Part shown: piece by piece, positions 8,285 through 15,604 of the stretch
Position numbering within the stretch: position 1 is the first letter of the stretch
Layout: every line of letters begins with the position of its first letter
From: a virus
Virus record (IMG/VR): IMGVR_UViG_3300035670_000520
Span: 1 to 40,731 of that record
Length of the DNA: 40,731 nucleotides
Reading direction: 5' to 3' (one strand)
The notes under the pieces: model-generated
What the model saw: the letters and a program-made list of their open reading frames with translations, nothing else
What the model was told of the DNA's origin: nothing
Databases searched by the model: none
Position numbers and translations under genes: made by a program

Positions 8285-8877
8285 GAAGTGTCCTCGGTGA
8301 GCTGCATTGGTGTGTGATCTGGCCGGTGCTGCGTTCTTTCCGGCTTGCCGCATCAAGGGCGGTGGTTAGATGAGTAGCCCTACGGAGCGTCGGTGCACGA
8401 GAGTCGGGTAAGGAAAGTCGTGCAAAGCCCGTTGGGTCTTTCCCTGCGCATCAGCCTGCGCATTCAGATCACACACCGATGCAGCCTGGTGATGGGGAAC
8501 CAGGTAGATCGGGCCGGTTACGTGTCCGGCGTCGTTGCCATCGACCGTCGCTGTGCAGCACTCACGGCTGGCTATCGGGGCTGGTGGCAACCAGCGCGCT
8601 CCGGGCGGCTATTCTCTCGGCCTGCCAGCGACCAGCTCTGTAGCGTCTGGTTAGGCTGCCATTTCCCATGGCTGGGTTAGGCGTTTCGTCTACTACTTCA
8701 TGATGGCGTCCCTCCTTTGGCTATTTGGTCCGCGCCATGCTCGTCGCCGGGTTTCCCCACCACTGCCTGCTGCAGCTACTGGCTACGCATCAGGTGGCTT
8801 GCATGGTTTGGCGTCCTCCATGTGGGAGTCCGGCAGCTATCCAGAGGCTGCGTGGTCGACGACTTAGCTTGTCCCGA

Positions 8878-8932
8878 CCCAGGTAATGGCCTGGGTGCGT
8901 CGAGGTGGTCACGTCTGTTTGTGTAAAGAGCG
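8878..8932 (-). promoter_or_regulatory. boxA-like element plus hairpin (candidate nutL-like site) in the leftward leader
   Basis: Minus-sense CGCTCTTTACACAA (8932-8919) resembles boxA (lambda CGCTCTTA, rrn TGCTCTTTAACAA); hairpin CCCAGG-CCATTA-CCTGGG lies at 8895-8878. Confidence 0.4.
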
Positions 8933-8951
8933 GTGGCTGCCGTGGCTGCCT

Positions 8952-9013
8952 ATAACCTGTGTTATGGATCGAATCATAACCCAGGTTTTCGCCATGTCAA
9001 TAACCCAAGTTAT
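8952..9013 (-). promoter_or_regulatory. Leftward early promoter (PL-like) with three operators (OL1-3)
   Basis: 14-bp sites ATAACCTGTGTTAT (8952-8965), ATAACCCAGGTTTT (8976-8989) and ATAACCCAAGTTAT (9000-9013), spaced 24 bp start to start. Minus-sense TTGACA (9000-8995), 16-nt spacer, TATGAT (8978-8973). Confidence 0.75.
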
Positions 9014-9023
9014 AAATCAGGCC

Positions 9024-9048
9024 AAAAAAAAGCCCGCGTTATGCGGGC
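9024..9048 (-). terminator. Rho-independent terminator after the SOS-controlled small gene
   Basis: Stem GCCCGC / GCGGGC (9032-9037 / 9043-9048), 5-nt loop, run of eight T on the minus strand (9024-9031). Confidence 0.75.
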
Positions 9049-9054
9049 GCTTGC

Positions 9055-9303
9055 TCATGATTCTGTAAAACCTCGCCATCCGATCCTGATCACGCCTGAC
9101 TCCAAGGTGTCGATCGTGATGCCGGAAGTCTCCTCGAGGTCGGAGATCAATCGCTTCCAATCGGTAGGGGATTCATCTGCGCTCGGCTTGACCTCAACAA
9201 ACTGCCTTTTCTGCACATGGGGTGACGAGATTGCTTGCTGGATACGGTAACCGAGCCGCTCGTAGGACCGCGCAGGGGATTGTGAGAAGGCAGGCTGAGG
9301 CAT
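9055..9303 (-). CDS. Small hypothetical protein, 82 aa, downstream of a LexA box (candidate SOS-induced antirepressor or similar)
   Basis: ATG at 9303 with AAGGAG upstream; SOS box 19 nt upstream; own terminator downstream. Confidence 0.7.
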   Translation of the reverse strand: MPQPAFSQSPARSYERLGYRIQQAISSPHVQKRQFVEVKPSADESPTDWKRLISDLEETSGITIDTLESGVIRIGWRGFTES

Positions 9304-9321
9304 GGCGTGAAACTCCTTTTA

Positions 9322-9337
9322 CTGTATGCATATACAG
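9322..9337. promoter_or_regulatory. LexA (SOS) box
   Basis: CTGTATGCATATACAG is a perfect CTGT-N8-ACAG palindrome matching the gammaproteobacterial LexA consensus CTGTATATATATACAG. Confidence 0.8.
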
Positions 9338-9402
9338 TTGCTCTTTGCTTAAGGAATTTCAATAGCTTATAGCTAATTTTTTTAGCTTGCGTTCGACCGG
9401 CC

Positions 9403-9426
9403 AAAAAAAAACCAGCAATTCGCCGG
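9403..9426 (-). terminator. Probable terminator downstream of the repressor gene
   Basis: Minus-sense CCGGC-GAATT-GCTGG hairpin (one G-U pair) followed by nine T. Confidence 0.5.
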
Positions 9427-9453
9427 GTCATTGGAGGCAGGGCAGGTATACCG

Positions 9454-10110
9454 TTAGAGCTTGATGGTAGCGCGTACCACGACCCCTACGATTCTGCAGC
9501 CCTCCATGCACATCTCCATAGGGTAGGCCGGATTGAGTGGTTTTAAGAACCGTCGCCCTCCGTCCTCCACCAGCTTTTTGAACGTCGCTTCATTGCTGTC
9601 GGCCAACTTTGCAACGACAAGCTTTCCAGGGATCGCTTCAGCCTCGGTGTCGACCAAGATGAGCATGCCCTCAGGGATGCTTGTACCCACTGGTGAAGTC
9701 ATCGAATCGCCTTTGACCTCAAGCCAAAATGCTGCCCCTTTGGAGTTGTAATCAGACATTTCGTAGCGATCAGAAAATCCAGGGGGGAATGGCTCGACCG
9801 CCTCCGCCCAAGCCCCAGCAGCTACCCAGCTGATCACCGGATACTTGAATGACTCGGGCTGCTCTCCCAACGCCCTCACATTGCTCGGCTCTCGCTGCGA
9901 GCCTTGTCCGGATGCCAGCCATTCGGCAGTCACGCCAAGAGCTCTCGCTATTTCAAGCAGCTTCTTAGAAGTCGAGTTTCGACCACTTTCCAGGTGCTGG
10001 ATCGTGACCTGGCTAACCCCGGCTTTCTCCGCCAGCTGGGCCTGGCTCAGGCCCAACGCCGTGCGACGTTCAAGGATTCGGTCTTTGAGCATTTCGGAAG
10101 GTTTGTTCAT
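9454..10110 (-). CDS. cI: CI-type prophage repressor (N-terminal XRE HTH, C-terminal S24 LexA-like autoprotease)
   Basis: ATG at 10110 (MNKPSEMLKDRILERRTALGLSQAQLAEKAGVSQVTIQHLESG). C-terminus AFWLEVKGDSMTSP...GMLILVD...ATFKKL...FLKPLNPAYPM is nearly collinear with lambda CI; AA-G cleavage motif in VISWVAAGAW. Confidence 0.92.
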   Translation of the reverse strand: MNKPSEMLKDRILERRTALGLSQAQLAEKAGVSQVTIQHLESGRNSTSKKLLEIARALGVTAEWLASGQGSQREPSNVRALGEQPESFKYPVISWVAAGAWAEAVEPFPPGFSDRYEMSDYNSKGAAFWLEVKGDSMTSPVGTSIPEGMLILVDTEAEAIPGKLVVAKLADSNEATFKKLVEDGGRRFLKPLNPAYPMEMCMEGCRIVGVVVRATIKL

Positions 10111-10122
10111 GCCTGCAAGGGT

Positions 10123-10185
10123 AAAACACACGTTATTAGTCATCAAATAACATGTGTTTGCCTTATCCATAACTTGAGTTATCAT
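10123..10185 (+). promoter_or_regulatory. Rightward early promoter (PR-like) with three operators (OR1-3)
   Basis: Sites AAAACACACGTTAT (10123-10136), ATAACATGTGTTTG (10147-10160) and ATAACTTGAGTTAT (10169-10182); TTGCCT (10158-10163), 16-nt spacer, TATCAT (10180-10185). Confidence 0.7.
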
Positions 10186-10215
10186 CGAGTGCACGATCCA
10201 TTGAGGCACGCAGAC

Positions 10216-10446
10216 ATGCCGAACACAGAAAGACCCATTGACGAGGTCGTGCGCTTGGCCGGAGGCCAGGCAGAGCTCGCCCGAAGATGTAACACCAGCC
10301 AACCACGTATTTGGCAGTGCGTGCACCGGAACCAGAAGGTGCCGGCAGATCTGGTGATCCCCCTCGAGAAGGCAGTAGGGGGTCAGGTTACCCGCCATCA
10401 GCTGAGACCTGACCTCTACCCGGCAGAGGATAAGTGCGCTTCGTGA
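10216..10446 (+). CDS. cro: Cro-like repressor (YdaS/Cro HTH family), 76 aa
   Basis: ATG at 10216 with GAGG upstream. GGQAELARRCNTSQPRIWQCV ... VPADLVIPLEKAVGGQVTRHQLRPDLYP matches the YdaS/Cro pattern; divergent from cI across the operators. Confidence 0.8.
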   Translation: MPNTERPIDEVVRLAGGQAELARRCNTSQPRIWQCVHRNQKVPADLVIPLEKAVGGQVTRHQLRPDLYPAEDKCAS

Positions 10447-10527
10447 TGAGCATTGTGCATCCGAAGGCTTTTAGCCAGTAGATGACCGAAACACCTGCGA
10501 ATCCATCCAGTAGCTGAATCGCAGACG

Positions 10528-10612
10528 AAAAAAAACCGCCTGGCAGGGCGGCTTTCTCTACAGCAAAGATCGAGGTCGATTATGCACCGCGCAGACGATG
10601 CAGGCAACACCA
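10528..10612 (-). ncRNA. Candidate oop-like antisense small RNA (about 80 nt)
   Basis: Minus-sense TTGGCG (10645-10640), 16 nt, TG-n-TATGGA extended -10 (10623-10618). Hairpin CCGCC/GGCGG (10536-10551) is followed on the minus strand by eight T (10535-10528). Confidence 0.3.
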
Positions 10613-10686
10613 CGCATTCCATATCAGGTTTTGGCATTTCGCCAAATCTGACGCGTCAGGCTTTCAGTCATGGAGGGCGTTCGTAA
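10582..10686 (+). CDS. Possible 34-aa upstream ORF coupled to the O-like gene
   Basis: GAGG 6 nt upstream of ATG 10582; TAATG overlap with the start at 10686; MHRADDAGNTTHSISGFGISPNLTRQAFSHGGRS. Confidence 0.25.
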   Translation: MHRADDAGNTTHSISGFGISPNLTRQAFSHGGRS

Positions 10687-11414
10687 TGGCACGTATCCGC
10701 ACCATCAAGCCTGAGTTCTGGACCAGTGAACAGGTCATGGAGTGCTCGGCGATGGCTCGACTCCTGTTCATCGGGATTTGGAACTTCTGCGACGACGCAG
10801 GCAACCACCCGATGTCCCCCAAGACCATCAAAGCTCTCGTTTTTCCTGGCGACGACATCACTGCGCTAGCGGTGGAAGGGCTACTCGCTGAGCTGGTATC
10901 GAACCGACTAATCACCATCTACGAGGCGGCATCGAAGCGGTACCTGCATGTCAACGGATGGCACCACCAGAAGATCGATAGACCTACCGTAAAGCACCCT
11001 GAATTCGTTGAGCCTTCGCCGAGCACTCACCGAGAGGTCGGCGAAGGCTCGTCTAGCGGTGATCGAGGCCTCACCCCCGGAAGGGAAGGGAAGGGAAGTA
11101 ATACACACTCTCCGCGTGAGCCGTTCGCGATGTTCCTCGATTGGCTTCCCGACCAGGTTCAGCTTGAGGCTTACGCCAAGCGCTCAGGGGTGGCCATCGA
11201 GGAGTTCTCGGAAAAGGCCATTTCGGGCTTTGTCGTCCATCACGACGCGAAGGGGTTGGCAAAAACCGAGAGCCAGTGGATCGCCGATCTGGTCGGCTGG
11301 AGAAAACGCGACATTGCGAATGCAGCGAAGGTCGTTCCTCTGAGGGCGGGGCCTTGTGGCCAGCAGCTCGACGACAGTGATACGTCGTGGATCGAGCAAG
11401 GAAGCGCCCAATGA
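10686..11414 (+). CDS. Putative replication initiator / replisome organiser in the lambda O position (DnaT-like C-terminal domain)
   Basis: MARIRTIKPEFWTSEQV N-terminus is common in phage replication proteins; the C-terminal region W-x-P...EEF...QW...WRKR is DnaT-domain-like; immediately precedes the P homologue with an ATGA overlap. Confidence 0.55.
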   Translation: MARIRTIKPEFWTSEQVMECSAMARLLFIGIWNFCDDAGNHPMSPKTIKALVFPGDDITALAVEGLLAELVSNRLITIYEAASKRYLHVNGWHHQKIDRPTVKHPEFVEPSPSTHREVGEGSSSGDRGLTPGREGKGSNTHSPREPFAMFLDWLPDQVQLEAYAKRSGVAIEEFSEKAISGFVVHHDAKGLAKTESQWIADLVGWRKRDIANAAKVVPLRAGPCGQQLDDSDTSWIEQGSAQ

Positions 11415-12097
11415 ACCGAGTCGCAGTTTTAACTCATGGCCTGTGGGCCAAGATTCAGACCGGCCAGCACGTCTCTGCTGGATACGAGCTGCCCGAAGAC
11501 GTGAGGGCAGAACTCAACCGGAAGACAGCGAAGGTGATCAACGATCTGTTCCGCGATCTGCGATCGATTTGCACAGCCTGGAAGCAGGCTTGGCCAGACC
11601 AGGCCACATACGACGCGTCCAAGCAGCAATGGCTGACCGCTTTTCTTGAGGCCGGCATCTGCAATCCCGAGCAGTTGCAGTTTGGGCTGATGCGCTGCCG
11701 CCAGTCGGGTGCGGCGTTCATTCCGCCACCCGGTGAGTTCATCCAGTGGTGCCAGCCGTCGCCCGAAATGCTCGGCCTCCCAGCATTGGCGGCCGCTTTC
11801 CGCGAAGCAACTCGCAATGCCCATCCTGCTATGGCTGGCAGGGGCAAGTGGAGTCACGACGCGGTATGGCACGCGGCCAAAGAGTGCGGCTTCGAGAACC
11901 TTAACAAGCTGCCGTCCGATGCCAGTTCGAAGCTGTTCGAGCGCAACTACAGCATTGCGGTTCGTCGGCTGATGGCTGGGGAGCCGCTGCAGAAGATGCC
12001 ACTGGCCCTTCCCGCAGAGGTTGCCGCACGCAGCACCCCGCAAGTCGGAAACTCTGCCCTAGTCGCCATGCGTGCCCGCTTGGCGGGGCGCCGATAA
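11411..12097 (+). CDS. P: Replication protein P (lambda P-like helicase loader)
   Basis: QQWLTAFLEAGICNPEQLQFGLMRCRQSGAAFIPPPGEFIQWC parallels lambda P RQWVLAFRENGITTMEQVNAGMRVARRQNRPFLPSPGQFVAWC. Confidence 0.8.
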   Translation: MNRVAVLTHGLWAKIQTGQHVSAGYELPEDVRAELNRKTAKVINDLFRDLRSICTAWKQAWPDQATYDASKQQWLTAFLEAGICNPEQLQFGLMRCRQSGAAFIPPPGEFIQWCQPSPEMLGLPALAAAFREATRNAHPAMAGRGKWSHDAVWHAAKECGFENLNKLPSDASSKLFERNYSIAVRRLMAGEPLQKMPLALPAEVAARSTPQVGNSALVAMRARLAGRR

Positions 12098-12121
12098 ATC
12101 AACCTGCAAGGAGGCGATCTT

Positions 12122-12418
12122 GTGCGCCAAACAAAACTGACCAAGGCCGCCCGTGGCCGGGAGTGCCAAGTGCGCATTCCGGGCGTGTGCAACGGCAACC
12201 CGGAAACCACCGTCCTGGCGCATTACCGCATGGCTAGCACCTCTGGCATCGGCAGCAAGCCGCATGACCTGCAGGGCGCCTGGGCCTGTAGCACTTGCCA
12301 CGATGTCTGTGACGGGCGTAGCAAAGCCGTGGATCGAGAGACGGCGCGCCATTACCACGCTGAGGGAGTGATGCGCACCCAGGCGATCCTGCTGGCTGAG
12401 GCGGTAGTGGTCGCATGA
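12122..12418 (+). CDS. ybcO: YbcO-like putative nuclease (DUF1364)
   Basis: KAARGRECQVRIPGVCNGNPETTVLAHYR ... ACSTCHD is almost identical in pattern to E. coli DLP12 YbcO; GTG start with AAGGAGG upstream. Confidence 0.85.
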   Translation: MRQTKLTKAARGRECQVRIPGVCNGNPETTVLAHYRMASTSGIGSKPHDLQGAWACSTCHDVCDGRSKAVDRETARHYHAEGVMRTQAILLAEAVVVA

Positions 12419-13740
12419 GCGCGACCCGGGAAGTGAAGTTGAGCGAGGCCGAGGTGCGCCGGCAAGCCGCTGATAAGGCCGTACGCGACCTGCGCGACCC
12501 ACGTTACCCGGGCTTGCGGTTTCGATTCGACCAGAGCCGGCAGGCTGGAACGTGGTTCCTGGTTGTTCGCCGCAAGTGGAACCGGCTAGCGCGCTTCCCT
12601 GAGTATGGTCCGGCGGCAATCTTTGCCGAGCTTCCCGGACTACGGCAGCGCTTGCTGTGCCGTCCGGACGAGATGGTTGCTCTGGCTGGCCTGGTGACAT
12701 TCCACGACCTGCTGGTCTGGTTCAAGGGGCGGGTCGTCACTGACGCCTCGCTGTCCGATTCGTGGAAGAGCACTGTTCGCACGGTAGTCGATAAGCACTT
12801 GCAGCCCCGCCTCGGCGAGTTGCCGATACTCGCCCTCACCCCAGCAGTGCTGGACAAGTCGCTGATGTGGCCGCTCCAGGCTAAATGTTCCACGTCCTAC
12901 GTTCGGCAGATTTTCAGAGTGTTAAGCCTGGCAGTGAGCACGGCGCGGGCGCTTGGGCTAATCCCCAGCAATCCCATGGCTGAGATGAAATTCACGAACT
13001 TTATCAAGACCAAGATCGCGCCGAAAGATGGGCGACTGCGCGCGGATCATCTGCAAGAGGTGGTGCCCGCGCTCGGCGCTCTCTTCAGCACCGCGCCCGT
13101 CGATGCCATGTTGGCGCTGCTGATGATCTGCCACGGCACCAGGGTTGGCGAGAGCCGTAGGGCAGAGTGGCCCGACTTCGCCTTGGGCCATGGCGAGTGG
13201 GTCATTCCCGCCAAGCACACCAAGACGCGCACCGAACACCGTTTGCCACTAACCCCGCAGATGTGCGCGCTGTTGCGCCGTTATCGGGCCGTCCAGCTCG
13301 ATAGCGGGTACACCGGCAAGTACCTGTTCCCAGGTCGCAAAGGGCAGCCCATGAGTTCCAGCCAGGCCTCGTCGGTATTTCGTCGTTTGGCCAGCCGCGA
13401 GTGGTCGAGCCACGACCTGCGGAAGGTGGCGCGTACCGCTTGGCTCGACATGGGGGTGGACGGATTTATTGGCGAAATGCTGCTCAATCACTCGCTAGGG
13501 AAAGTTGCTGATACCTACATCAAAACCAAGGGCAACGGCTTGCGTCGCGAGGCTCTGGAGCAATGGCATGAGTGGTTAGACGGGATTGGCTTTGCGTCGA
13601 TCCATGGGTTGACCGGCGTGCAATCCGCAATTCCTCACAATGGGCCGCAAGCCAAGCCGCGCAAGGCACGCAGCCCAATCAACGAATTAGTTACAGGGGA
13701 GAATGCAGAACGTGAAAAATCGCCCTCAGGATGGCTTTAA
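12415..13740 (+). CDS. Second tyrosine recombinase (P4/CP4-57-type integrase with DUF4102-like arm domain), 441 aa
   Basis: N-terminus GLRFRFDQSRQAGTWFLV; catalytic set HGTRVGE (R), HDLRKVA (HxxR), LLNHS (H), ADTYIK (Y); ATGA overlap with ybcO. Confidence 0.85.
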   Translation: MSATREVKLSEAEVRRQAADKAVRDLRDPRYPGLRFRFDQSRQAGTWFLVVRRKWNRLARFPEYGPAAIFAELPGLRQRLLCRPDEMVALAGLVTFHDLLVWFKGRVVTDASLSDSWKSTVRTVVDKHLQPRLGELPILALTPAVLDKSLMWPLQAKCSTSYVRQIFRVLSLAVSTARALGLIPSNPMAEMKFTNFIKTKIAPKDGRLRADHLQEVVPALGALFSTAPVDAMLALLMICHGTRVGESRRAEWPDFALGHGEWVIPAKHTKTRTEHRLPLTPQMCALLRRYRAVQLDSGYTGKYLFPGRKGQPMSSSQASSVFRRLASREWSSHDLRKVARTAWLDMGVDGFIGEMLLNHSLGKVADTYIKTKGNGLRREALEQWHEWLDGIGFASIHGLTGVQSAIPHNGPQAKPRKARSPINELVTGENAEREKSPSGWL

Positions 13741-14032
13741 ACGGCCGCGCCTGGACTTGGTTCAGTGCCCGGTATGCAGGGGTAATGCGGTAGTGAAGGG
13801 AGTGTTTTATGAGTTGTTGTGCACCGACTGCAATGGCTCTGGTTGGGTTATTGAAGGGTCCAGGTTGGTGCTTCCCCTCGAGGAGCTGGTCACGCAGCTG
13901 AGTTTTAAGTTGCAGCAGGCTCAGAGACAAATCAAAGCGCTGGAAAGGCCGACCAAAGTAGTTGGTCCGCAGCAGCAATACCAAGAATCGAACCGCCTGG
14001 GGGCGGGCGGCACAAATTACACAGGGGATTGA
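13703..14032 (+). CDS. Zinc-finger protein (DnaJ-type CxxCxG motifs), 109 aa
   Basis: CPVCRGNA ... CTDCNGSG; GGGGAG upstream of ATG 13703; overlaps the recombinase 3' end by 38 nt. Confidence 0.65.
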   Translation: MQNVKNRPQDGFKRPRLDLVQCPVCRGNAVVKGVFYELLCTDCNGSGWVIEGSRLVLPLEELVTQLSFKLQQAQRQIKALERPTKVVGPQQQYQESNRLGAGGTNYTGD

Positions 14033-14424
14033 TCATGATGATTCGCAAGCCAGCCGGCCGCCCATTGGGTGATACCGAGTATTTGCTAGAGCAGTGGGGG
14101 TGGTGGCGAATGGATGGAGCGGGTGTGCCTACCTGCGTCTCCCCAACATTGGCTTTGATGCATCAGGCAGTGCCGCAGGCGTCCGCCAGTCGAAACTACT
14201 GCATCACTGACGACTGGGCGCTTGCAATTGATAGTGCCGTCGCCAGGCTTGCGCACCGCGATCTACAAATGGGCGACATCATCTGGCTGTACTACGGGGC
14301 AAAATGGCCCATGTTGCGGGTGGGTAAGCACTTCGGCCTGAGTGAGGGCAAAGCTAGGGAGCTGGCTAGGGCAGCGGCAGCCTGGATCGACTGCGCTGTA
14401 AGCGTAATGCGCGACGCGGCATAA
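14029..14424 (+). CDS. Q: Late-gene antiterminator Q (QuuD / phage-82 type)
   Basis: LEQWGWW ... ITDDWALAIDSAVARL ... collinear with E. coli QuuD (LERWGAWA ... CDDDAMIICGCMARL); located after the nin-type genes and before the late promoter. Confidence 0.8.
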   Translation: MIMMIRKPAGRPLGDTEYLLEQWGWWRMDGAGVPTCVSPTLALMHQAVPQASASRNYCITDDWALAIDSAVARLAHRDLQMGDIIWLYYGAKWPMLRVGKHFGLSEGKARELARAAAAWIDCAVSVMRDAA

Positions 14425-14433
14425 AGTGCGTAA

Positions 14434-14462
14434 TTGCACGAATGTAGCCACCCTCCTATATT
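14434..14462 (+). promoter_or_regulatory. Late promoter (PR'-like)
   Basis: TTGCAC (14434-14439), 17-nt spacer, TATATT (14457-14462), 10 nt after the Q stop; AATTGCAC repeated at 14432 and 14476. Confidence 0.7.
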
Positions 14463-14635
14463 GCGACTGAAGGGGCAATTGCACTGTAGTGACGACCGGC
14501 AGAACACGACCCTTGGCTGCCCTCCGTGGAGGTCAGCTAACGGCTAGTAACAATCAGTCGCCATAGCTCATTAAGATTGTGAGCTGTTCTCGATGAGGTT
14601 AGCCTTACCAAGGCTTAACACAGTCAGTTGAGGAG

Positions 14636-15307
14636 ATGTGCGTGAGTCCAAACGAGGAAGCGGAAACGACCAAGGCCTCCAATGTGGTTGATATGGCTTT
14701 GACATTCACCGCAATGATTCGACTATTTGAGACGGGTTCAAAGCAAAGAATCTTGGATCAGCTACATAAGTCGTTCAGTAAGCTTTCTGATGTTTCCAGT
14801 TATCAGGAATATCATTTAATACACCTTGAATTTTGCAAGTGGTTTGAAGGTAATATATTTACCGCGTCGAAGATTCTTAAGAATAAGTCTGAAAAAATCA
14901 GCGGGCCGGCATCATATGGGCACGCCGCCAAAATATTCGACATCGCTGTGAAGGTTTATGTGCATTATAGTTATTTGCCGAATTCCAAGGCCGCAGCGAC
15001 GCTGTTACCGTTTCTTCGTGGTGCAATCGATACTCCAATAATGAGCTTTCTCAAGGCTAAGTATCCCCTTGCGGGAATAAAGGCCAAAACAATAGAGGCG
15101 CTTGGAATGCCGGAGTATGAAGCGCTCCAGGGTCTGATTGCTAGACATATCCAAGAGGAGTTTCAGGGTAAGATATTCCCAGTGCAATACGATGACGTTA
15201 TGTGGCATAGGCTAAACCGAAGTGACAGAAATGAGGATTCGCTTCAGAAGCAACGAAACCAAAGGCTCTCAGCCTCGGTTAAAATTTTAGAGCCTACTTT
15301 GGATTGA
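14636..15307 (+). CDS. Low-GC moron protein, 223 aa, unknown function (start may be GTG 14642)
   Basis: AT-rich ORF between the late promoter and the tandem terminators. AGGAG abuts ATG 14636 and lies 6 nt from GTG 14642; no recognised motif. Confidence 0.75.
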   Translation: MCVSPNEEAETTKASNVVDMALTFTAMIRLFETGSKQRILDQLHKSFSKLSDVSSYQEYHLIHLEFCKWFEGNIFTASKILKNKSEKISGPASYGHAAKIFDIAVKVYVHYSYLPNSKAAATLLPFLRGAIDTPIMSFLKAKYPLAGIKAKTIEALGMPEYEALQGLIARHIQEEFQGKIFPVQYDDVMWHRLNRSDRNEDSLQKQRNQRLSASVKILEPTLD

Positions 15308-15469
15308 TTCTGCAACGTCGCGCCCAGGCCGATTGATCAGGCTGGACGCAACCAGACGGAGCGGTGGAGCGCAATTTTTGCATAAAGCAAAAAAAGTACT
15401 TTTCCGCGCGGAATAGATTTGATTTTATATCAGCGTGTGTTGCTGTGAACGCAGCGCGACGCTTTAAAG

Positions 15470-15494
15470 AACCCGGCCCCGAGTCGGGTTTTTT
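15470..15494 (+). terminator. Rho-independent terminator (first of a tandem pair, tR'-like)
   Basis: AACCCG / CGGGTT stem followed by a T run. Confidence 0.65.
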
Positions 15495-15506
15495 ATGCCC
15501 GTTTCA

Positions 15507-15538
15507 AGCCCTGCCATTGAGCGGGGCTTTTTCGTTTT
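15507..15538 (+). terminator. Rho-independent terminator (second of the tandem pair)
   Basis: AGCCCTGC-cattga-GCGGGGCT stem followed by TTTTCGTTTT. Confidence 0.7.
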
Positions 15539-15604
15539 CGGCCCTACGCCTGCTCCTCGCTTCAAGCGGATGCCAGTGACGTGGGAGCCGACCTAATTTG
15601 AGGA

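Noticed and set aside
8366-8590. 74-aa minus-strand ORF (TTG start, GGAG 8 nt upstream) in the PL leader, considered as a possible N-like antiterminator
   Set aside because: It has no ATG, no Arg-rich N-terminal motif, only moderate third-position GC bias and no recognisable features. It is kept only as a possibility within the leader finding.
10416-10637. 73-aa minus-strand ORF in the cro to O spacer
   Set aside because: It contains the terminator hairpin and poly-T tract inside its frame and has no RBS. The interval is better explained by a terminator or small RNA.
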